Shown here one piece after another: positions 9,470 to 21,343 of a stretch of DNA of 64,000 bases. Position 1 is the stretch's first letter; the number at the start of each line of letters is the position of its first letter. A model generated the notes under the pieces. It saw only the letters and a program-made list of their open reading frames with translations, did no database searches and was not told where the DNA came from. The position numbers and the translations under genes were made by a program. The DNA is from Candidatus Latescibacterota bacterium. Lineage in GTDB: Bacteria > Latescibacterota > UBA2968 > UBA8231. Location: NCBI GenBank assembly GCA_965248265.1, contig CBDFJF010000001.1, forward strand, positions 2,944,001 to 3,008,000, written 5' to 3'.

Positions 9470-10618
9470 TCAGTCTCCGTAAAAGACCCGCTGCCCCAGC
9501 AGCCGGTTTTGCAGCACCGTTAGCAACAGAATGGCACCGAACAGGATCAGGGCCAACGCCGACGCATAGCCGGCATCATGGAACTGGTAGATCTGGTCGA
9601 AGATGACGACGGGAAGCACATCGACGGAGTCCTGCGCTCCGGCCGAGCGCATGATGTAGATATGGTTGAAGGCCTTGAAGGTGCCGATGACGCCGACCAG
9701 AGTTAGGAAGAACAGGGTGGGCGACAACAACGGCAGCGTCACGTGGGTAAAGCTGCGTATGGCCGAGGCCCCGTCGATGGCGGCCGCTTCGTAGAAGTGT
9801 CGTGGGATGGCGCTGAGACCCGCCAGCATGATCACGGTGTTATATCCCACGTAAACCCAGATGTTGTAGAGGATGATGGAGACGAGGGCCAGACTGGGAA
9901 ACAGATCATTCACCCACTCGGGCGCTCCCACGCCGAACCCCTCCAGCAGCAGCGCCACCACCGAACGCCCCTCGAACAGCCAGCGTTGATTGTCCAGGCC
10001 GAACCAACCCCAGAACCTGTTCGCTATCGATGACGGATGCGGGCTGAAAATCGTCCGGAACACTACAGCCGTAGCGATCATCGGCGTGACATAGGGCAGA
10101 AAAAAGAGCATTCGGAAAACGCCCTTTCCCCTCTGTGCTCTGAACAATAGATACGCAAGAACCATCGAAATGCTGATTTCGGCCGGGATCGTGCCCAACA
10201 CGTAAAACAGGGTAATCTTGAAGCCGTTGTAGAGCCTCAGATCGCCGCTGTCGGCAAGACCCGCCAAGGCGATGGCCAGGGCGACAACCGCTGCGGTCAT
10301 GAGCACGATACTCGCCACAACCCATGCTCTGGATGGGTCCGTCCGTCCTTCTTCCTCTCCAGTTGTCGAACTGCGTCGTCCACAACGCCAGGCCAGCCAG
10401 ATGAGTGCGGCGGCCAAGACGGCGAGTCCCAGGTGAGCCGGATCTCCCAGCGCCCTCAGATAGTGGCCCAGGCCCACCACCTCTCCCTGGCGGATGCGCC
10501 AGGCGTGAAGGCTGACGTAAAACGCGTAGAAGATCGGGAAGATGCCGAAGACTGCCAGCACCAGCAGAGCAGGCGCCATCAGTAACCAGGCAGTTGCGTT
10601 CTCTCTCGTCTTCATCAC
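9470..10618 (-). CDS. Carbohydrate ABC transporter permease (MalF-like)
   Basis: YEAAAIDGA EAA loop, TLPLLSP and GYASA motifs. Confidence 0.92.
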   Translation of the reverse strand: MMKTRENATAWLLMAPALLVLAVFGIFPIFYAFYVSLHAWRIRQGEVVGLGHYLRALGDPAHLGLAVLAAALIWLAWRCGRRSSTTGEEEGRTDPSRAWVVASIVLMTAAVVALAIALAGLADSGDLRLYNGFKITLFYVLGTIPAEISISMVLAYLLFRAQRGKGVFRMLFFLPYVTPMIATAVVFRTIFSPHPSSIANRFWGWFGLDNQRWLFEGRSVVALLLEGFGVGAPEWVNDLFPSLALVSIILYNIWVYVGYNTVIMLAGLSAIPRHFYEAAAIDGASAIRSFTHVTLPLLSPTLFFLTLVGVIGTFKAFNHIYIMRSAGAQDSVDVLPVVIFDQIYQFHDAGYASALALILFGAILLLTVLQNRLLGQRVFYGD

Positions 10619-10649
10619 GCCTAGTTGTCAGGTGTCTTTCGCGGTATGC

Positions 10650-10699
10650 AATAAGAAAGCCCCTGAAGCAATCATTCGCGCGCTTCAAGGGCTTTATTC
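10650..10699 (-). terminator. Probable intrinsic terminator after the tRNA cluster
   Basis: AAAGCCC.TGAAGC / GCTTCA.GGGCTTT inverted repeat with a U-rich tail on the minus strand. Confidence 0.6.
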
Positions 10700-10701
10700 A
10701 A

Positions 10702-10775
10702 TGGCTGCCCCCCAGGGATTCGAACCCCGATAACATGATCCAGAGTCATGTGTCCTACCATTGGACGAGAGGGCA
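10702..10775 (-). tRNA. tRNA-Gln (CTG)
   Basis: Cloverleaf; anticodon arm CATGA-CTCTGGA-TCATG; GTTCGAATC; encoded CCA. Confidence 0.95.
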
Positions 10776-10781
10776 GTAAAG

Positions 10782-10874
<93 letters not shown>

Positions 10875-10896
10875 CATAAGACAGCTCCTTCACATT

Positions 10897-10984
10897 TGGC
10901 GGAGGGCGAGGGACTCGAACCCTCAAGGGTGATTAACCCGGCGGTTTTCAAGACCGCTGCCTTACCAATTAGGACTAGCCCTCC
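10897..10984 (-). tRNA. tRNA-Ser (TGA)
   Basis: GCGGT-CTTGAAA-ACCGC anticodon arm, long variable arm, CCA. Confidence 0.95.
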
Positions 10985-11041
10985 CTGTGCCAGATCGCGG
11001 CAAACCCGTCGCGGACGCGACAAACTGTGCCGCGTAGGCAA

Positions 11042-11071
11042 AATATAGCCTTCAGTTTTTCACAGCGTCAA
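11042..11071 (-). promoter_or_regulatory. Sigma70-like promoter for the tRNA cluster
   Basis: TTGACG-18 nt-TATATT, overlapping the gyrA stop codon. Confidence 0.55.
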
Positions 11072-13626
11072 TTTTCCTGGCCGCCGTCCTCCACATCACT
11101 ATCGGCAGCCGCCTGACCATTGCCTGAATCCGCGTCTCCGCGATCCGCGTCACCGCGATCCGCATCATCGCGATCCGCGTCATCGTCGGCTCCCACGTCG
11201 CTGCTTTGTGCCACTCGGGTCATATCGATGACGTGGTCCCCCTCGTCCAGGTTGATGCAACGGACACCCTGGGTATTGCGGCTGATGCGTGAAATGCCCT
11301 CCACCGGAATCCGGATCATGATGCCGTTTCCGGTCACCACCATCACTTCGTCGTCATCGGTGACCTGCTTGCAGGCGACGACCCGTCCGTTGCGCTCGGT
11401 GGTCTTGATGTCGATGACCCCCTTGCCGCCGCGATGGATTCGAGGGTACTCGGTCAGATCGGTGCGTTTGCCGAAACCGTTTTCGCTCAGCGTCAGCATC
11501 GATCCTTCCTCATTGAGGACGACCATGTCCACGACTTCGTCGTCGCCGCGCAACGCAATTCCTTTGACGCCGGTAGACACCCGTCCGGTCGGCCGCACAT
11601 CACTCTCGTGAAAACGCACGGTCATGCCGTTGCGAGTCACCAGGGCAATATCCTGCTCACCGTCGGTGATGGCGGCGTCGATCAGATCGTCGTCATCCTG
11701 AATTTTCAGCGCGATAATGCCGTCGCGGCGCACGTTGCCGTAAGCCGACAGCACGGTCTTCTTGACGATCCCCTGACGCGTTGCCGTGAACAGGTAGCGA
11801 TCTCGCGTGAATTCGTCGACGGTGACGATCGCTGAGATCACATCCTCCGTGCTCATGTCGAGCAGGTTGACCACGGGACGACCGCGGGCGGTGCGTTCCC
11901 CTTCGGGAATCCGATACACCTTGAGCCACCGGCACTGTCCCTTTGAGGTCAGAAAAAGGATATAGGCATGGGTGGAGGCAATGAAGAGATGCTCGACATA
12001 ATCCTCTTCTTTGGTCGCCATGCCCCGAACTCCGCGTCCACCTCGATTCTGCACCCGATAAGCGTTGGGCGACATGCGCTTGACGTAGCCGGATTTCGAG
12101 ATCGTCACCACCATATCCTCTTTAGTGATCAGATCCTCAATCACGAACTCTTCGGCCGCGTAGACGATCTCGGTCCGCCGTTCGTCGCCGAACTTCTCTT
12201 TGATCTCGCCGAGCTCTTCCTTGAGAATCCGCATCTGCTCGTCACGATTCTCCAGGATATGCTTGAGTCGCGCGATCGTTTCCATCAGCTCCTTGTACTC
12301 TTCCTCGATCTTGTCGCGCTCGAGTCCGGTAAGCCGCTGTAACGCCATGACCAAAATAGCCTGCGCCTGGATCTCGCTGAGCTGGAACTCCCCCATCAGG
12401 GCTGTGCGGGCTACTTCGGGATTGGCGGATGCCCGGATCGTCGCGATCACGGCGTCGATGTTGTCCAACGCTATGCGCAACCCCTCCAACACGTGAGCTC
12501 TGGCCTCGGCCTTGTTGAGGTCGAAGCGGGTTCGGCGCAAGACCACATCATGCCGGTGCTCTATGTAGTGCTCGAGCATCTGCTTGAGGTTGAGCGTCTC
12601 TGGCCGGCCTTTGACGACGGCCAGCATCATGACGCCGAAGGTCGTCTGCAGCATGCTATGGGCATAGAGTCGGTTGAGAACCACTTCCGAGTGGGCGTCG
12701 CGCTTGAGTTCGATGACGATCCGCAATCCGTCGCGTCCTGACTCATCACGGATGTTGGAGATATCTTCGATCGTTTTACCACGTACCAGATCGGCGATCT
12801 TTTCGAGCAGTCCCGATTTGTCCACGAGGTAGGGAATCTCCGTGATGACGATATCCTCGCGGTTGTCCCGGCGCGTCTCCACGTGGCTGCGAGCTCGCAG
12901 CTGGATCATGCCGCGGCCGGTCCGATACGCCTGGTGCACGCCCTGCATGCCGTGGATGACACCGCCGGTGGGAAAATCCGGCGCCTTTACGTGCGCCATC
13001 AAGTCGGCCACCTCGGCCTGGGGGTTATCGATGAGCAACTCAAGCGCGTCGGTGATCTCACTGATGTTATGCGGCGGAATCTTGGTGGCCATGCCCACGG
13101 CAATGCCGACGGAGCCGTTGCACAGCAGATTCGGAAACTTGGCCGGCAGAACCTCTGGCTCCTGCCGCGTCTCGTCGTAGTTCTCGATGTAGTCGACGGT
13201 GTCCCGATCGAGATCGGCCAGCATCTCGACCGCGGCATGACTCATGCGCGCCTCGGTGTATCGCATCGCCGCCGGCGGGTAGCCGTCGATCGAGCCGAAA
13301 TTCCCCTGGCCATCGATCAGGGGATAGCGCAGGCGGAAGTCCTGGGCCATATGAACGAGCGTCGGATAGACGATGGCCTCGCCATGTGGGTGATAGTTAC
13401 CGGAGGTGTCACCAGCGATCTTGGCGCACTTTCGATACCCTCGCCCGGGTTGCAGATTCAGATCGTTCATCGCCACCAGAATGCGACGCTGTGACGGCTT
13501 GAGGCCGTCGCGCACATCCGGCAGGGCACGCGCCAGGATGAACGACATGGAGTACGAGATGAAGGAGGTCTTGAGCTCTTCTTCGATTCTTATTGGAAGG
13601 GTCTTCGATTCCCGTTCTTCAGGCAT
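11068..13626 (-). CDS. gyrA: DNA gyrase subunit A
   Basis: RALPDVRDGLKP, YHPHG, AAMRYTE (catalytic Tyr), GyrA-box QNRGGRG, beta-pinwheel repeats and an acidic tail. Confidence 0.98.
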   Translation of the reverse strand: MPEERESKTLPIRIEEELKTSFISYSMSFILARALPDVRDGLKPSQRRILVAMNDLNLQPGRGYRKCAKIAGDTSGNYHPHGEAIVYPTLVHMAQDFRLRYPLIDGQGNFGSIDGYPPAAMRYTEARMSHAAVEMLADLDRDTVDYIENYDETRQEPEVLPAKFPNLLCNGSVGIAVGMATKIPPHNISEITDALELLIDNPQAEVADLMAHVKAPDFPTGGVIHGMQGVHQAYRTGRGMIQLRARSHVETRRDNREDIVITEIPYLVDKSGLLEKIADLVRGKTIEDISNIRDESGRDGLRIVIELKRDAHSEVVLNRLYAHSMLQTTFGVMMLAVVKGRPETLNLKQMLEHYIEHRHDVVLRRTRFDLNKAEARAHVLEGLRIALDNIDAVIATIRASANPEVARTALMGEFQLSEIQAQAILVMALQRLTGLERDKIEEEYKELMETIARLKHILENRDEQMRILKEELGEIKEKFGDERRTEIVYAAEEFVIEDLITKEDMVVTISKSGYVKRMSPNAYRVQNRGGRGVRGMATKEEDYVEHLFIASTHAYILFLTSKGQCRWLKVYRIPEGERTARGRPVVNLLDMSTEDVISAIVTVDEFTRDRYLFTATRQGIVKKTVLSAYGNVRRDGIIALKIQDDDDLIDAAITDGEQDIALVTRNGMTVRFHESDVRPTGRVSTGVKGIALRGDDEVVDMVVLNEEGSMLTLSENGFGKRTDLTEYPRIHRGGKGVIDIKTTERNGRVVACKQVTDDDEVMVVTGNGIMIRIPVEGISRISRNTQGVRCINLDEGDHVIDMTRVAQSSDVGADDDADRDDADRGDADRGDADSGNGQAAADSDVEDGGQEN
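11126..11185 (-). repeat. Imperfect 15-nt tandem repeat encoding (G/D)DADR in the GyrA tail
   Basis: DDADR-DDADR-GDADR-GDADS; DNA unit approximately CGCGATCCGCGTCAC. Confidence 0.7.
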
Positions 13627-13641
13627 GGCTTTCGCGTCGTC

Positions 13642-15690
<2,049 letters not shown>

Positions 15691-16044
15691 CTATTGTGTC
15701 CGGCCGGTTCCCCGGGGAAAGGGATCCTCAGTGGCCGGTTTGCTCACCAACCGAATGTCCTTGATGGTGGGTGAGCCGATGCGCTCGTTTATGCGCCTGA
15801 CCAGATCAGCCTTGACAAAGCTCAATTGCGTGCGCCATACCGCCGAGGGTACTGCGACCTCGAGACGGGCGTGGTGCACCCGCAGCGCCCTCGATCGCGA
15901 GGCCAGCTCCGGGCCGGCTACCTCGGGCCAGGTGAGTACGGCCTGCGCCTGCGCCATCTTCTCCTCCATGCCCAGGTCGCCGATTACGGCCTTTAGCAGG
16001 CTGCCGATGCCCTCCGCCTCGGAAGGCTCTCTGGTTTCGTCCAT
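15691..16044 (-). CDS. dciA: DUF721/DciA-family protein
   Basis: W.EVAG..LA, LEVAVPSAVWRTQL and IKDIRL pattern. Canonical position between recF and gyrB. Start reassigned to ATG 16044. Confidence 0.8.
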   Translation of the reverse strand: MDETREPSEAEGIGSLLKAVIGDLGMEEKMAQAQAVLTWPEVAGPELASRSRALRVHHARLEVAVPSAVWRTQLSFVKADLVRRINERIGSPTIKDIRLVSKPATEDPFPRGTGRTQ

Positions 16045-16046
16045 CC

Positions 16047-17144
16047 TCAATTGGCCAGGCTGATCTGTTTGAAGCCTGATGGCAGTGTTCCGCTCGGATC
16101 CTTTGGAGCGGTGAAAACGACTTGATCCAGCTGGTCGACACTCTGCAACACGGCATCCGTGCGCCGACTGTCGAGCTCCGAAAAAACATCGTCCAGCAGC
16201 AATACCGGAAGCTGCCCACTGCGGGCCTCGAGAAACCGCAGTTCCGCCATCTTCCATGCCAGTAGCAGGCTCTTGAGTTGTCCCTGCGAGCCGAATGAAT
16301 CGGCAGCGACCTCGTCGAGTTGAAATCCGAACAAATCCCTGTGTGGCCCCTTGCACGTGTAGCCGACCCTGACTTCCTGGTGGCGCGCCTCCAACAACTC
16401 ACCGCGCAACTCGTCGGCGGATTCCTCATCGGATGGCACGTCCGTGCCGGCGTCGATCGGTGTTCCCCTGTAGACGATCCCGGCCTGCTCCGCGTCATCG
16501 GAGAAAATTCGGTAGTAGTCCTCTACGTGGGTGGCAAGTTCGGTCAGCGCCTGAAGGCGGGCCCGACGAATCATTCCACCGCTTCGAGCCAGTTGGCCAT
16601 CCCACACGTCGATTTCATCCGCGACCGGCCCTCGCCCCCTGCATCCGCGCAAATAGTGATTGCGTTGAGTCAGAACACGCTGGAATCGCTGCAACCCCTG
16701 CAGGTAATTGACATCTGATTGCGACACCAGGATGTCGAGCAGACGTCTGCGTTGCGGCCCGAAGCGCAGCACCAGCGCGACGTCCTCCGGGGCGAAATGC
16801 ACTGATTGAAACTGACTCACAACCTCGGACACACGTTCCAGTGCCACGCCGTCTACGAACCCCCGTTTACCGTCCGTTGTCCCGTAGAAAACTCTCAGCT
16901 CACGATCTCGATCGCCATCCCGCCAATGGGCCTTGATGTCGAAAAAGTCGCCGCCGTGCGGAACGATCTCCTGGTCCCGAGATCCGCGAATCGACTTGCC
17001 TATCGACAGGTACGAGATCGCCTCCAGAATATTGCTCTTGCCCTGACCGTTGTCGGCGACGATGAGGATGGCGCTCCCATCCAGGCAGAGCTCAATTTCC
17101 TTTAGGTTTCTGTAGGGTTTTAGCGTCAGCCGGTGGAGTCGCAC
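16047..17144 (-). CDS. recF: DNA replication/repair protein RecF
   Basis: NGQGKSNILEA, GPHRD, GSQGQ and LLLDDVFSELD motifs. Confidence 0.96.
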   Translation of the reverse strand: MRLHRLTLKPYRNLKEIELCLDGSAILIVADNGQGKSNILEAISYLSIGKSIRGSRDQEIVPHGGDFFDIKAHWRDGDRDRELRVFYGTTDGKRGFVDGVALERVSEVVSQFQSVHFAPEDVALVLRFGPQRRRLLDILVSQSDVNYLQGLQRFQRVLTQRNHYLRGCRGRGPVADEIDVWDGQLARSGGMIRRARLQALTELATHVEDYYRIFSDDAEQAGIVYRGTPIDAGTDVPSDEESADELRGELLEARHQEVRVGYTCKGPHRDLFGFQLDEVAADSFGSQGQLKSLLLAWKMAELRFLEARSGQLPVLLLDDVFSELDSRRTDAVLQSVDQLDQVVFTAPKDPSGTLPSGFKQISLAN

Positions 17145-17156
17145 GCGGATGCATCA

Positions 17157-18320
17157 TCAGCTGCTTGGACGCATCGGCATCAGCAAGTAGTACGACTCTT
17201 CTCCCTCGGCCTGCACACTGGGGCGCACGATGGCCGCTGTTACGGAGTCGCGCAGATCGAAGACGACATTGCCCGCTCCCATCTTCCGCAGGATTTCTAT
17301 CAGGTATTGCGCGTTGTAGGCCAGCTCCAGCGCTTCCCCCGCGTACTGCCCCGGTATTTGCTCCCGGGCTTCTCCGCCAATCTCCTGACTGGACGCGTTC
17401 AGCTCCACGGCGTCGTCGCTGAGGGCCATCCGTACCTGGTGCGTGTACGAGCTTGAGAGAATGGACACTCTCCTTACTGCTGGAAGCATCTCATCCACCG
17501 GGACGGTCAGACTCTTGTCATTCTCCCGCGGTACGACTTGCTCGTAGTCGACGTAGGGTCCTTCGATCAAGCGAGACAGTAGCCGGGTTTCACCGAGCTC
17601 GAACAGAACCTGACTGGATCCGACCGTAACTTTTTTCAATTCCGGAGAGCCCTCCAGCAATTTGCTGATCTGCGCGCAAACCTGTGGAGGAAGTATTACT
17701 TCGGTCCCCTCACCCAGCCCATCGATCCCAGATCCATTCCACTGCTGCTTGAATTCAGCCAATCGGCTGCCATCGGTGGCGACCATCGCCATGTGCTCGG
17801 CCTCAAGGCGCCACAACACCCCGTTGAGGACCGGCCTGGTTTCGTCTCGAGAAACGGCGAAACTCGTCTTGTCGATCATGGACCTGAGCAATTGACCATC
17901 AGAAATCCCGACTTCCTCGAAATCGACTGTCACGCCATCGATCGAGTCTGGCATTTCTGGAAACTCTTCGGGGGGTGCGGTTGCCAGACTGTAGCGTCCC
18001 TCACCTTTGTCCTGACCGAGTGAGCCGCTGACAACGAACCGTCCGTCCTCCACAGATACGTTCAGGACGCTCTCAGGCCATTCTCGCGCGATTTCAGCCA
18101 ATGTCCTGGCCGGAACAGCCACTCGCCCCGGTTGATCAACCTGAGCACTAATCCTCGTCGACATGGACAAATCTAGATCAGTCGCACCTAGCGTTACTCC
18201 GCCTTCACCAGCATCCAGTAGAAGGTTGGAGAGTACCGGCTGAGCTGGCTTGGACGGCACTGCGTCCAGGACAGTGCTGATGCCCTTCCACAACTCACTT
18301 CGATCTACAGACAATTTCAT
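17157..18320 (-). CDS. dnaN: DNA polymerase III beta clamp
   Basis: ATDLD, DETRPVLNGV, VATDGSRL, SRLIEG.Y and LLMPMR motifs. Confidence 0.97.
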   Translation of the reverse strand: MKLSVDRSELWKGISTVLDAVPSKPAQPVLSNLLLDAGEGGVTLGATDLDLSMSTRISAQVDQPGRVAVPARTLAEIAREWPESVLNVSVEDGRFVVSGSLGQDKGEGRYSLATAPPEEFPEMPDSIDGVTVDFEEVGISDGQLLRSMIDKTSFAVSRDETRPVLNGVLWRLEAEHMAMVATDGSRLAEFKQQWNGSGIDGLGEGTEVILPPQVCAQISKLLEGSPELKKVTVGSSQVLFELGETRLLSRLIEGPYVDYEQVVPRENDKSLTVPVDEMLPAVRRVSILSSSYTHQVRMALSDDAVELNASSQEIGGEAREQIPGQYAGEALELAYNAQYLIEILRKMGAGNVVFDLRDSVTAAIVRPSVQAEGEESYYLLMPMRPSS

Positions 18321-18967
18321 GGGTATTCATCCCGAAAATCCGACGTATGTTAATCAATATAATATAGATGTACGTCCGTTTGTTGTCAATTTGGGCGGCC
18401 GTGTCCTTCCAGTTTCGTGTAGTGTCATAACATATTGTAAATATATGAATTTAAAGAAACACCTTCTAAATGATGATGAACAAGAGGTTGTCCCTGGATT
18501 CGTTTGTTTCCACAGGTTGACTGCGGAGGTTCTTTATCCACAATCCATTGTTCTAGAATTATCTATCTGTTCTTGGTTTTGTACGTACTCGTTCTAGTCG
18601 GTCTTGTTGATATGTTGAGAATTCTTGTCCGCAACCGGAGTATAGTTTTTAAGTTATTGTTTTATATATAATTAAACTACGATAACAGAATCACACATGG
18701 AATCACAGAGTGTTGATAACCGGGCGTGTGGCACTAGGTTCAGGCCACTTTCGAACACGATTCCGGGCGTGAGGGGTTATCCACACTTATATCCACACCA
18801 TCCAAGCTCCCGTTGACATGCACAATCGAGAAAAATGTGGATAAGTTTATTCTGATACGAAATCCGCTAATCGAAAGACGTTTGTGGGCATGGGAGCATA
18901 CCCCTGGAGGTGATTGAGTAGTAGAGGCGGTTTCCGCAGACGGATGACGGGCACCGCCTGCGGGTAG
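18321..18967. other. oriC: Chromosomal replication origin (oriC) between dnaA and dnaN
   Basis: AT-rich intergenic region. Perfect DnaA boxes at 18534-18542, 18777-18785 and 18836-18844. Near-matches at 18506-18514, 18711-18719 and 18789-18797. A (GAT)n tract near 18471-18480 sits beside an AT-rich stretch. Confidence 0.88.
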
Positions 18968-20473
18968 CTACTGCTGCGGGGTTTGCTGAAGAAGCTCCGA
19001 CAAGCTGTCGACGACGCGCGCGAATTCGGTATCTTCGTCGCACTTCTTTTCGACTGTCTGCACGGCATGGATGACGGTGCTGTGGTCGCGGTTACCGAAA
19101 TGTAATCCGATAACCTTCAAGGGGCTCTTCGTCAATCGCTTGGCCAGAAACATGGCGATCTGCCTTGGAGTGGCCACTTCCTGCTTGCGGGTTTTGCCTA
19201 TCAACAGCTCCAGGGTCAGGTTGAAATGTTCAGCCACTACTCTTTGTATGCCCTCGATGCTGAGGTGGGCTGACTCCGGCGGAACTCTTTCCTGCACGAT
19301 TTTGCGCGCCGCGTCGACGTTGAGTTCGACCTGGTTAACGGCGCAATACGCCATGATATGGTTTAGGGTGCCTTCGAGTTCGCGGATGTTGGAGCTGATA
19401 TAGTTGCCGAGAAAATTGGCGACTTCCTCGGTCAGATGAATCCCGTTGATCTCCGCCTTTTGGTGCAAGATGGCGATACGGGTCTCAAGATCCGGTGGTT
19501 CGATGCTGGTCACCAACCCCCACTGAAAGCGGGATATGAGCCGCTCTTCCAGTCCCTCCAATTCGCCGGGTGGACTGTCGCAGGTCATGGCGATCTGTTT
19601 GCCGTTCTGGTGCAGCGCATTGAAGGTGTGAAAGAACTCGTTCTGCGTATGCTCGCCTTTGAGCAGGAATTGGATGTCGTCGACGAGCAGGAGATCCGCG
19701 CTGCGGTAGAGTCGCTGAAACTCAGCCGTGTTGCGGGTCTTCAGCGATTCGATGAAATCGCTCATGAACTTCTCGGACGGTACGTAGGCCACAGTCAGTC
19801 CGCTCTGCTGGGATAGAGCATAATGGCCGATCGCCTGCAGCAGGTGGGTCTTACCCAGGCCCACGCCTCCGTAAATAACCAGGGGATTGAACTGGGTGCG
19901 GCCGGGAGACTTGGCCGCCGCAGAGGCGGCGGCATGGGCGAAACGATTACCCTCACCGACCACAAACGAGTCGAAGGTATAGCGGACATTGAGTGGTGTG
20001 AAAGGCAACCGGCTGGACCAGGTCTCTGCATCGGATGCCGGTGGCGTCGAGGTCGGCACCGACCTGACTGGAGCTGGATCTGGTTCCGGTCTTGCAGCCG
20101 ACTCACGCTCGGCAACTTGTGTTGCCACTCGCGTGTCGGCGGCGATTGTGATCGGTACCTGGCTAACGGCCAGAGTTCCCGCTCTGGCAGCGGGGGCGGC
20201 TACCGCCGGTTGTGCGGGACCGTCATCCGCTACCGCGAAGGTGATTCGGGGGGTGAGGCTGGTTTCCTGATCGACAGCGCGTTGTATGAGGTCTATGTAG
20301 GTGCTTTCGACCCAGTCTGCAAAGTAGGAGCTCGAGACTTCGATTTCCAGAATGTCCGCGTCGAAGCGGAGCGCCTTGGTGGGACGAAACCAGGTGTTGA
20401 AGCTTTGGGGGCGCATCTGACGCTCGATGTTCAGCAGACATCTGGCCCATAGTTCCTGGGAGTCATGGGGCAT
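18968..20473 (-). CDS. dnaA: Chromosomal replication initiator DnaA
   Basis: GGVGLGKTHL, DDIQF, QNEFFHTFN, SNIRELEG and RDHSTVIHA motifs. Confidence 0.98.
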   Translation of the reverse strand: MPHDSQELWARCLLNIERQMRPQSFNTWFRPTKALRFDADILEIEVSSSYFADWVESTYIDLIQRAVDQETSLTPRITFAVADDGPAQPAVAAPAARAGTLAVSQVPITIAADTRVATQVAERESAARPEPDPAPVRSVPTSTPPASDAETWSSRLPFTPLNVRYTFDSFVVGEGNRFAHAAASAAAKSPGRTQFNPLVIYGGVGLGKTHLLQAIGHYALSQQSGLTVAYVPSEKFMSDFIESLKTRNTAEFQRLYRSADLLLVDDIQFLLKGEHTQNEFFHTFNALHQNGKQIAMTCDSPPGELEGLEERLISRFQWGLVTSIEPPDLETRIAILHQKAEINGIHLTEEVANFLGNYISSNIRELEGTLNHIMAYCAVNQVELNVDAARKIVQERVPPESAHLSIEGIQRVVAEHFNLTLELLIGKTRKQEVATPRQIAMFLAKRLTKSPLKVIGLHFGNRDHSTVIHAVQTVEKKCDEDTEFARVVDSLSELLQQTPQQ

Positions 20474-20514
20474 TGTGAATTCGACGTAGGTGTAATGAGG
20501 GGAGAGGGGGCTGG

Positions 20515-20543
20515 ATGTTAGCGAACACGAGTGCTTCCGTCAA
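20515..20543 (-). promoter_or_regulatory. Sigma70-like promoter for dnaA
   Basis: TTGACG-17 nt-TAACAT. Confidence 0.6.
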
Positions 20544-20623
20544 GACTTCACCTGAGGAAATTTTGAGTTTATGGTATGGACCCGCACAACTGGAGAAACC
20601 AACCCGCGCACCGGACCGATTGA

Positions 20624-20652
20624 TTGACAGGTTTCTCGACAACCGTTAAATT
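20624..20652 (+). promoter_or_regulatory. Sigma70-like promoter for the rpmH operon
   Basis: TTGACA-17 nt-TAAATT. Confidence 0.7.
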
Positions 20653-20695
20653 GGTTGGCTCGAGAATCTTACCGAATCGATGAAAGACAACAGCG

Positions 20696-20830
20696 TTGAA
20701 ACGGACCTTTCAACCCAGTAATCGCAAACGCCGGAACAAACACGGGTTTCGCAAACGCATGCGCACACCGGCCGGTCGAGCGATTATCGCACGCCGCCGC
20801 CGCAAGGGCCGCAAACGCCTGGCTGTGTGA
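20696..20830 (+). CDS. rpmH: 50S ribosomal protein L34 (absent from the ORF track)
   Basis: Manual translation from TTG gives [44 protein letters not shown]. Confidence 0.97.
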   Translation: MKRTFQPSNRKRRNKHGFRKRMRTPAGRAIIARRRRKGRKRLAV

Positions 20831-20850
20831 GCGCGCGCGCTGATACGTGA

Positions 20851-21132
20851 GTGAACGGGAAACGCAGGGGCTGGGTCAAGGGATCGAACCTTTGGATCCG
20901 TCCGGGGGGCGACCCTCCCGGCCTGGTCATGGCCGTCAGGAGGTCCCTCGGCAAAGCCGTGCTGCGCAACCGCCTCAAACGACGTTTGCGAGTTGCCTAC
21001 CGCCACTGCTGCCCTGACCCAACTGACATAGTCATATTTCCTCAGCCCGGAGCCGTCCTGGCTGCGTTTTCGCAGCTGGAGCTCGAATTCAGAGGGCTTG
21101 TGCGCAGACTGTCCGAGAGTGGAGATACATGA
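20851..21132 (+). CDS. rnpA: RNase P protein component (short N-terminus)
   Basis: RNR motif GKAVLRNRLKRRLR; position between rpmH and yidD. Confidence 0.85.
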   Translation: MNGKRRGWVKGSNLWIRPGGDPPGLVMAVRRSLGKAVLRNRLKRRLRVAYRHCCPDPTDIVIFPQPGAVLAAFSQLELEFRGLVRRLSESGDT

Positions 21133-21338
21133 GGCACGTACTTATTTGGCTCGTGCGCGTGTACCGGGCTTGTCTGTCGCCCTACTTGCCTCCAGCCTGT
21201 CGGTTTCATCCCACCTGTTCCGAATACGCCATCAGGTCCCTTGAAGCGCACGGAGCGCTCACAGGATCGGCCAGAGCGGTGCGGCGCCTGTTGCGCTGTC
21301 ATCCCTTTGGCGGACACGGCTACGACCCGGTCGACTGA
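21129..21338 (+). CDS. yidD: Membrane protein insertion efficiency factor
   Basis: CRFHPTCSEY and RCHPF..GYDPV motifs. Confidence 0.95.
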   Translation: MRHVLIWLVRVYRACLSPYLPPACRFHPTCSEYAIRSLEAHGALTGSARAVRRLLRCHPFGGHGYDPVD

Positions 21339-21343
21339 ATCAC

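Noticed and set aside
10897-10984. Possible selenocysteine tRNA
   Set aside because: The anticodon on the coding strand is TGA (Ser), not TCA, and the acceptor stem is a normal 7 bp.
11126-11185. Tandem repeat in gyrA as a CRISPR or contingency locus
   Set aside because: In-frame 15-nt units without spacers, encoding the ordinary variable acidic GyrA tail.
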